Below are positions 25,210 through 30,863 of a stretch of DNA of 30,863 nt, in pieces. Under the pieces are notes generated by a model, which saw only the letters and a program-made list of their open reading frames with translations, ran no database searches and had not been told where the DNA came from. Source of the DNA: a virus (lineage: Duplodnaviria > Caudoviricetes); the IMG/VR virus record IMGVR_UViG_3300030372_001953, positions 1-30,863 of that record. One strand, given 5' to 3'. The number at the start of each line of letters is the position of its first letter. Positions within the stretch are counted from its first letter, which is position 1. The translations under genes were made by a program, and so were the position numbers.

Positions 25210-26325
25210 ATGACTACAACAGCAACAGCAACACAATCAACACTACGCAGCAACGGACTAACAATAGACAATGAGGAAATTCGTACAGTAGGGGAACTAC
25301 TTCAAACTTTTGAATACTCATGCTTTTTATGGGGTGAAGTGAATCAAGCAGTAACTCAATGCAAAACAGACCATGAAGATGCAGATTGTGTAAAAGTTTT
25401 AAAAAGTCTCAACGGACATTGCTTTGACACAGAAATAGATTTTAAAGACCATTCTCAAACAATGAAATTTGACACTTATTGGTTTGCAGATTTTGTAAAA
25501 AAGAATATAGATGCAAATATAGACAGAGACGAACTCCAAAGTAAGTTTTGGAAATCAATGCGAGAAGAATATGCTGAACCTCAAAAAATGGAAGGTGTAA
25601 TTATTTGGTGTCGAGGATTGCGAAGCTCAGGTAAATGGCATAAATGTGAAAATACTTTTGTATTTAATTTTGAAACAACTGAATATAAATTGAGTTGCCC
25701 CATATACAAAACAACTGCAAGAAGATTTACTGCAAGAAGTTGGGAACAACTTGCTGAAGTGTACAACAATTTTATTAATGAACTTCACGAAATAAATGAT
25801 GCAGGTACTCCTGAAAGTGAAGGATACCCAGCATTCGATTCATTTATTAATAGTGCAAGAAATTTGATAATGGTTAAACATATGGAAAGAATAATAATCA
25901 AAATTAAGGAAAGGTATGAAATTCATAAATTAGTAAAACCATTTGCAAAAAACATAGAAAACAAAATACATGAAAATATGGAAGGTTTTACTTATGCAGG
26001 TTCTATCCATGAACTTGAAAGTTGGACTTTAGAACAAAGCCATAGATTAGAAGTTTCAAATTTAAAAGACTTAATTTCAGAACAACACAGATACAATAAG
26101 CACACTGAATTAGGATTAATAACTCTTAGTATCAGAGTTAAAGGTTGGTTAGATGTAAACCACGAGCAAGGAGGCTTTGAAATCTTAGTAGATGTAGAGT
26201 TAAAAGATAAATTCAGAATCATAAAAGAATTAGAAACAGGGGTACAAAGTAAAGAACCTGCAACAAAACTAGCAGAAAAACTTACACTTGACCAAGCGTT
26301 AGAAATGGTAGCAGCAATTAAGTAA
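25210..26325 (+). CDS. Large hypothetical accessory protein (371 aa)
   Basis: ATG 25210 lies 9 nt after CGAAAGGA; long ORF; no motif recognised. Confidence 0.85.
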   Translation: MTTTATATQSTLRSNGLTIDNEEIRTVGELLQTFEYSCFLWGEVNQAVTQCKTDHEDADCVKVLKSLNGHCFDTEIDFKDHSQTMKFDTYWFADFVKKNIDANIDRDELQSKFWKSMREEYAEPQKMEGVIIWCRGLRSSGKWHKCENTFVFNFETTEYKLSCPIYKTTARRFTARSWEQLAEVYNNFINELHEINDAGTPESEGYPAFDSFINSARNLIMVKHMERIIIKIKERYEIHKLVKPFAKNIENKIHENMEGFTYAGSIHELESWTLEQSHRLEVSNLKDLISEQHRYNKHTELGLITLSIRVKGWLDVNHEQGGFEILVDVELKDKFRIIKELETGVQSKEPATKLAEKLTLDQALEMVAAIK

Positions 26326-26330
26326 ACAAT

Positions 26331-26355
26331 CAGGGGTGGGCATAAGCCCACCCTG
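26331..26355 (+). other. GC-rich intergenic hairpin without U-tract
   Basis: CAGGGGTGGGC-ATAA-GCCCACCCTG, immediately before CGAAAGGA 26359-26366. Confidence 0.7.
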
Positions 26356-26373
26356 TAGCGAAAGGAAAGAATA

Positions 26374-26652
26374 ATGAATAGTAAAAAAGTAGAAAGGAAA
26401 GTAAAGTGTTGGACTTGCGGTAAGGTTAGAAAGAAATCTAATAATTACATTTGCAAAAATTGCAACGAAAAAAGACAGCGAAAGGAAATTAAAATGAATA
26501 AAAAAGAATTACTAAAGCAAATGAGAAGTTTATATGTTCGTATAGAAAACGATTTGATTAGGATGAATTCAAAAGCACCTGAAGGTCTTTCAGAAATGCG
26601 AGATTTAATTTTGGAACAAATATTCTATGGAAGTGAGGTAGAGGATGAATAG
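26374..26652 (+). CDS. Zn-ribbon (CWTC...CKNC) protein with an in-frame second start at 26494
   Basis: CGAAAGGA lies 7 nt before both ATG 26374 and ATG 26494. Confidence 0.7.
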   Translation: MNSKKVERKVKCWTCGKVRKKSNNYICKNCNEKRQRKEIKMNKKELLKQMRSLYVRIENDLIRMNSKAPEGLSEMRDLILEQIFYGSEVEDE

Positions 26653-26857
26653 GTTTACAAATAAATTTCATTGCACCTACAGACATAATAAAAAAAAGAA
26701 GGAAGGTATGATTATTAAAACAATAAGATTTATATTTGAATCAATTACTGATAAAGAAGGATGGGGTAAGGCTATTATGATTCACAGACCAGATTTACCA
26801 ATGGATGAGCCATTGCCATATCAAAACTTAGAAAATAAAAAGGAGAAACAAAAATGA
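26645..26857 (+). CDS. Hypothetical protein
   Basis: GAGG RBS; overlaps both neighbours. Confidence 0.6.
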   Translation: MNRFTNKFHCTYRHNKKKKEGMIIKTIRFIFESITDKEGWGKAIMIHRPDLPMDEPLPYQNLENKKEKQK

Positions 26858-27174
26858 TAACAGCACTTTATACAATCGAATATGAAAACTCATCAGAGCC
26901 TGCAAAAGTTTTTATACAGCAAAGACCAGCAGTAGCCATGTTCAACCGAGAAGCTAAAAGATTAAGAATGAATGATGTTACTTGGGATAGTGTTACTTGT
27001 AAAAAATATGTAATTCAAGGAACTCCAAGAAGCATTGCAAGTCAAGCATTATTTATTGGAAGTGTAATTACTCAATCTGAAAAAAGCGTTAGGCAAATTT
27101 TATCTGATGTAGAAAATGAAAGTGATTTTCAAGAAATACTTTTGCATCAACAAAAGTGTTTGGTGGAAGCATGA
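26854..27174 (+). CDS. Hypothetical protein
   Basis: AAGGAG RBS; 106 aa. Confidence 0.75.
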   Translation: MITALYTIEYENSSEPAKVFIQQRPAVAMFNREAKRLRMNDVTWDSVTCKKYVIQGTPRSIASQALFIGSVITQSEKSVRQILSDVENESDFQEILLHQQKCLVEA

Positions 27175-27527
27175 GTTGGAAAAATGCATTTAAAGAAATT
27201 ATGCAAACACAATCTGATATAGCTACAAAAGGAATTGATAAAGTTATGCAGCCAACTTCAATTTGGGCAGCAAATTCTGTTGATGGATTAAGCATACAAA
27301 ATAAAGTTCTATGTGAAATTGCAAACAATAATTCAACAGACCAAGAGTTAGAAAAACTTTTAAATATGTCAGGCAATTCAATCAGACCTGCTAGAGTTGC
27401 ATTAGTAAAAAAAAGATTAGTTCAACCAACTGGAGAAACTAAAAGAACAGATTCTGGCAGGCTTGCTAATATTTGGGAAGTCACAGTTGCAGGAAAGATT
27501 CAAGTTGATAAAATATTACATAAGTAA
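27171..27527 (+). CDS. Winged-HTH protein
   Basis: TDQEL...L.M..NS.RP....LV....V..TG......SGR.A.IW pattern; ATGA coupling at 27171. Confidence 0.78.
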   Translation: MSWKNAFKEIMQTQSDIATKGIDKVMQPTSIWAANSVDGLSIQNKVLCEIANNNSTDQELEKLLNMSGNSIRPARVALVKKRLVQPTGETKRTDSGRLANIWEVTVAGKIQVDKILHK

Positions 27528-27549
27528 GAATTGCTTTTAATCCTTTCGT

Positions 27550-27587
27550 TAGCCCCCTGAGTTTTTATTGTTTGACTTGGGGGGCTA
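27550..27587 (+). terminator. 13-bp 3' hairpin closing the 25210-27527 unit
   Basis: TAGCCCCCTGAGT / ACTTGGGGGGCTA with two G-U pairs on the + strand; no U-tract. Confidence 0.65.
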
Positions 27588-27707
27588 TCAATTGAACTGT
27601 ATCTTAAAAAAATATAACTTTATTAAATAAAAAACACTGTTATTGTGCATTTAATCCCTATATTTATAAAATATGCAAAAAAAATGCAATATTAAAGTTT
27701 AATGCAG

Positions 27708-27791
27708 TTGAATTATGACGAAATATAGTTATTGTATACACAGTTGAGTAAGGAACTCGACATAACAAACTCAAACGAAAGGAAAAAAACA
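27708..27791 (+). promoter_or_regulatory. Promoter-hairpin-RBS cassette
   Basis: TTGAAT-N16-TATTGT, 7 nt, hairpin GTTGAGT-AAGGA-ACTCGAC (27743-27761), CGAAAGGA 27776-27783. Confidence 0.72.
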
Positions 27792-28292
27792 ATGTTACAA
27801 AAAGTAGATACAGAATTTAAAACAAAAGTAAAAGATAACTCAAAAGAAGTAGAAGCATTACAAAATGTTTTAGAACTATTCAAGAAAAGTAATCAAGTTG
27901 AAAAGCATTTAGAAACATTAGAACAATTACAACAAGATTTACTTGAAGAAGAATTTCAAAAAAACTTTGAATGGTCAGATACTACTAGACAAAGATTAGT
28001 AAAAGCATTTAAGTTTTTAAGAAAGAAAGAAAATGGCGGGTGGTGGTGCAATCTTTTGGCAGACTGGTCAAATGACAAACATGCAAAAGTTATGAGAAGT
28101 GGTCAAAACCAAGTATGGTTTGACCATCAAGAAAAAGACAGGTTAAAAGATTGGAACATGGGATTCTTTCAATTCAATGGTAGTGTAGAGTTTTTGTTTA
28201 ACACATTTAAAAAGTTTGATTTAGAAGTTGAATGGGATAAGGGTGAAGATAGTGGATTAGTTTTAAAATTACCTCGCCATGAAGATTGGTAA
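27792..28292 (+). CDS. Hypothetical accessory protein, possibly DUF6891-like
   Basis: Monocistronic between cassette and terminator; RL..AF..L and L.VEWD patterns. Family call tentative. Confidence 0.75.
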   Translation: MLQKVDTEFKTKVKDNSKEVEALQNVLELFKKSNQVEKHLETLEQLQQDLLEEEFQKNFEWSDTTRQRLVKAFKFLRKKENGGWWCNLLADWSNDKHAKVMRSGQNQVWFDHQEKDRLKDWNMGFFQFNGSVEFLFNTFKKFDLEVEWDKGEDSGLVLKLPRHEDW

Positions 28293-28324
28293 GAAAATAT
28301 ATAAACTTAAAAGAACCTTTTGTT

Positions 28325-28360
28325 ACCCCCTTGTCATTTCAAAATGGCAGGGGGGTTTTT
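28325..28360 (+). terminator. Intrinsic terminator
   Basis: ACCCCCTTGTCATTT / AAATGGCAGGGGGGT stem followed by a T-tract. Confidence 0.85.
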
Positions 28361-28394
28361 AATCAAATAGTTTAATAATAGACGATAATATATT

Positions 28395-28895
28395 ATGAAC
28401 TTAGATGAAATAGCAGAATTGACTAAAAGGTGGTCTTTGGCTTTTATTTCATCATTTCCTAAGTGGCAACTGGACGAGTTGCATAATGAAGCATTTTTAA
28501 TTGCAGTTCATCTTGTGAAGTCTGGGAGATACAAGCCAGAAAGGTCTAAACTATCAACATTTCTTTGGCATGCTCTTCCCTTAGATGTTAGGCATCGGTA
28601 TAGAAAGCAGAATGGAGAAAGATATCTAAAAACAAAAGATGGAAAAGCAAAATATAGAAAAACAGAAATAGTTAGTACAGAGCTTGTAGAAAAAAAACAA
28701 CAAAGTAAACCACAAACTTTTGTTGAAGTAAAAAGTAAAAATAATAATACTAAAGTGAATCAAGAATGGCTAATTGCTAGAATAGAAGGTTACAAGCCAA
28801 GAGAGTTAAGGAAAAGGGGAATTAGTTATGAAAATCAAAGAGCATTTGCCAAGGAATTAAGAAATGAACTCAAACAGAAAAGGAAAAAGAGGTGA
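28395..28895 (+). CDS. Sigma-factor-like protein (region 2), candidate late activator
   Basis: DEL.NEA........Y.PE...LSTFL....R resembles sigma70 region 2; region 4 is not evident. Confidence 0.6.
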   Translation: MNLDEIAELTKRWSLAFISSFPKWQLDELHNEAFLIAVHLVKSGRYKPERSKLSTFLWHALPLDVRHRYRKQNGERYLKTKDGKAKYRKTEIVSTELVEKKQQSKPQTFVEVKSKNNNTKVNQEWLIARIEGYKPRELRKRGISYENQRAFAKELRNELKQKRKKR

Positions 28896-29202
28896 ACTAT
28901 GTGTTGTTCACTTTTTAAAAAATGAATTTGGTTTAGATGCTCGGAGAAGCCAACAATATTGTGGTGCAAACAATGATGCAGATGTTGTTGGAGGATTCCC
29001 CAATACACATTGTGAAGTAAAGTTTGTTGAGGCTCTAAACTTAACTAAGGCTATGGGGCAAGCAGTTGCAGATTGCGGTGATTCAATTCCATATGTTGCA
29101 CATAAAAAAAATAGAGGAGATTTATTAATAACTGTTAGAGCAAGTGACCTAAAAGAATTTTGTAAAGCAGTTGTAAAGACGATAAGAGATAAGGAAGAAT
29201 AA
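28864..29202 (+). CDS. Holliday junction resolvase, PD-(D/E)xK family
   Basis: NS..KG.RGE, RRSQQY.G, DV and EVK motifs. Confidence 0.85.
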   Translation: MNSNRKGKRGELCVVHFLKNEFGLDARRSQQYCGANNDADVVGGFPNTHCEVKFVEALNLTKAMGQAVADCGDSIPYVAHKKNRGDLLITVRASDLKEFCKAVVKTIRDKEE

Positions 29203-29207
29203 ATGAG

Positions 29208-29453
29208 ATGGCAAGAAGTAACAACGATTATGACCCGACACAATCTATTAATGGTTGGACGGAAAATAAAAAACTAGTTCTACACAGACTTGAGGAAATA
29301 GAGCATGATGTACGCAGCATTGAAAAAAGAGTTAATACACTTCAGCAAGACATGGCAGTGCATAAAGCACAAAGCCGAATGTATGCAGGCGCTGTTGGTG
29401 CAATTGCTGGGCTTATTCCTGCCATTCTTACTTTTTTTCTTAACAAGTTGTAG
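29208..29453 (+). CDS. Coiled-coil protein with C-terminal TM, holin/XhlA-like
   Basis: Heptad segment RLEEIEHDVRSIEKRVNTLQ then AGAVGAIAGLIPAILTFFL. Confidence 0.6.
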   Translation: MARSNNDYDPTQSINGWTENKKLVLHRLEEIEHDVRSIEKRVNTLQQDMAVHKAQSRMYAGAVGAIAGLIPAILTFFLNKL

Positions 29454-29778
29454 CTCTATATCAAGAGCATTTGTTCCAGAACCAACTCTTAGTCAAAAGG
29501 TATCTTATGTTGCAAATGAAGTTACAGTTGCAAGTACAGGTTTAGGCATGTTAAATTACATTGGTGCAATTTGTACTTTAATTGGTGTTGCAGTTTTAGT
29601 TATTACTAAAGGCTCGATGGGGCTAAGAGCCATTTGGATTGGTGTAGGACTTTGTTTATTAAATTTTGTAGTACAGACTTATGCTGATTGGATACTAATT
29701 CCTATGCTTGTTGCATCGGGTTTAATTAGTCTTGCGTATGGTTATGTTACAATTAGAGAAATGTTAGATAAGGAATAA
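29383..29778 (+). CDS. Putative lipoprotein with three further TM segments
   Basis: MQALLVQLLGLFLPFLLFFLTSC lipobox-like N-terminus; three hydrophobic helices. Start uncertain. Confidence 0.6.
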   Translation: MQALLVQLLGLFLPFLLFFLTSCSSISRAFVPEPTLSQKVSYVANEVTVASTGLGMLNYIGAICTLIGVAVLVITKGSMGLRAIWIGVGLCLLNFVVQTYADWILIPMLVASGLISLAYGYVTIREMLDKE

Positions 29779-29782
29779 ATTT

Positions 29783-29902
29783 ATGTTAGCAAGTTTTGAT
29801 TCATTTTTGGGTACAGCATGGTTTATCATGTTAGTAAGTTGCGTTTCATTTTGCACAGGTGTTTATATGGCTGATGCAGTTAAAAGGCTTCTTAATAAAT
29901 AG
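29783..29902 (+). CDS. 39-aa single-TM peptide absent from the ORF track
   Basis: MLASFDSFLGTAWFIMLVSCVSFCTGVYMADAVKRLLNK; AAGGA RBS at 29770-29774; stop abuts next ATG. Confidence 0.75.
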   Translation: MLASFDSFLGTAWFIMLVSCVSFCTGVYMADAVKRLLNK

Positions 29903-30184
29903 ATGTCAAAAAAAGATAAACATGCAATTAAGGTTGACCATACTGAGGCTTTGATGCCACAACCTAGTAAGAGTCTGCTGCTTGAAGTTGCTATGGGAAT
30001 ACATCTTTCTGTAGCAGGCTCAGCATGTATATCAAGAGATGATGAGGAAGAATACTTTTTAGAATGGAATGAACTTACTGATGAAACAAAAATGTTTTGG
30101 CTAGAAGGTGCAAAGTGTGCTTATAGTATTATTGCTATTCATGGTGGAGCAGATGTAATACAAATAGAAGAACCTGATGCCTAG
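29903..30184 (+). CDS. Hypothetical protein
   Basis: 93 aa, coupled to both neighbours. Confidence 0.7.
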   Translation: MSKKDKHAIKVDHTEALMPQPSKSLLLEVAMGIHLSVAGSACISRDDEEEYFLEWNELTDETKMFWLEGAKCAYSIIAIHGGADVIQIEEPDA

Positions 30185-30575
30185 AAGTATTTCAACTTAT
30201 TGTCTTAATGGTTGTAAAGTTCTTAGTGTTAAAGGAACTCATCTTTGCAAAAGATGCAATGAACAAAGAGAGATACGAAAGGCAAAAGCAAAAAACAAAA
30301 GAGAAAAAGAAAGAACATTAAAAGAAGGAACAGTTGCACAAAGAGGTTATGATTATCATTGGAGTAAGGTAAGTAAGTTGGTTAGAAGAAATGAACCAAT
30401 ATGCAGAATGTGCAAAAGTGCATTAGCAGAAATGGTTGACCATATCAAGCCCCTAAAAGAAAAAGGTGAAAGATTAGATTTAGATAACCTACAGCCACTT
30501 TGCAACAAGTGTCATGCTATTAAAACAAGAAAGGACTATGAAAGGCTTAGAAGTCTTGAGAGTCAGCAGGATTGA
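30177..30575 (+). CDS. HNH endonuclease (HK97 gp74-like terminase accessory)
   Basis: RGY...W, P.C..C, VDHI.P and NLQ.LC..CH..KT motifs; last gene before the genome end. Confidence 0.93.
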   Translation: MPRSISTYCLNGCKVLSVKGTHLCKRCNEQREIRKAKAKNKREKERTLKEGTVAQRGYDYHWSKVSKLVRRNEPICRMCKSALAEMVDHIKPLKEKGERLDLDNLQPLCNKCHAIKTRKDYERLRSLESQQD

Positions 30576-30715
30576 TTCTAAGAGCATACATACATTTAAA
30601 GGACTGAGTGCATAGGTAACAGCAAACAAGCAGCATAGGAGCAATATACTGGGTTTGATACAGAAGATAGAGTTTATCGGGTTTTTTCAAAAAGTTAGTG
30701 GAGGGTTTTTCTTTG

Positions 30716-30818
30716 TTTTTAGCCTTTAAATCGGGTATACCCCATTTTTAGCCCAAAAACGAGGCATCATTTTTAGCCCAAAAACAGGGGTGAAATAACA
30801 AAAACCCCATTTTTAGCC
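30716..30818 (+). repeat. Terminal direct repeats, TTTTTAGCC core x4
   Basis: Core at 30716, 30745, 30770 and 30810; CATTTTTAGCCCAAAAAC exact at 30743-30760 and 30768-30785. Confidence 0.9.
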
Positions 30819-30863
30819 AAATAAGGGGGGTACTTGCATCACTAGGGGCGTTTTTTACTAAAT

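Larger units (their letters stand above)
1..30863. mobile_element. Apparently complete HK97-like siphophage genome, probably linearised at or near cos
   Basis: Continuous packaging, head, tail, recombination/replication and late modules. It begins upstream of terS and ends downstream of HNH, with no host housekeeping genes at either end. Confidence 0.9.

Noticed and set aside
1-30863. tRNA genes or stop-codon reassignment
   Set aside because: No cloverleaf seen by eye (tRNAscan-SE would confirm); core genes are intact in the standard code and all three stops are used.

Overview
The window looks like an essentially complete, AT-rich, ~30.9 kb HK97-type siphophage genome, running from just before terS to just after an HNH gene (a cos-type layout). 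Gene order: terS-terL-portal-prohead protease (with an extra N-terminal domain), a reverse-strand accessory insert, major capsid, head-tail genes, tail tube, frameshifted tail chaperones, tape measure, atypical Cys-rich and beta-helical tail-tip/adhesin genes (one with a DNRLRE/CBM96-like domain), a metallophosphoesterase, a PEP-CTERM-like membrane protein, divergent small accessory genes, an HD (RelA/SpoT-type) hydrolase, Sak4-like ATPase plus DUF669 SSB, a replication initiator with internal iterons, more accessory genes, a sigma-like factor, a Holliday junction resolvase, a cluster of membrane proteins and the HNH nuclease. I recognised no integrase, CI-like repressor, DNA polymerase, tRNA or endolysin. 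The strongest unexplained signal is a dispersed regulatory cassette in front of the accessory genes: a sigma70-like promoter, a covarying 5' hairpin 7-8 nt after the -10, an (AAAC)n tract and CGAAAGGA 7-9 nt before ATG (10 start-associated copies). Copies directly flank single genes as direct repeats, and a complement of the motif sits in front of 3' hairpins. All protein calls come from manual motif recognition, not database searches.
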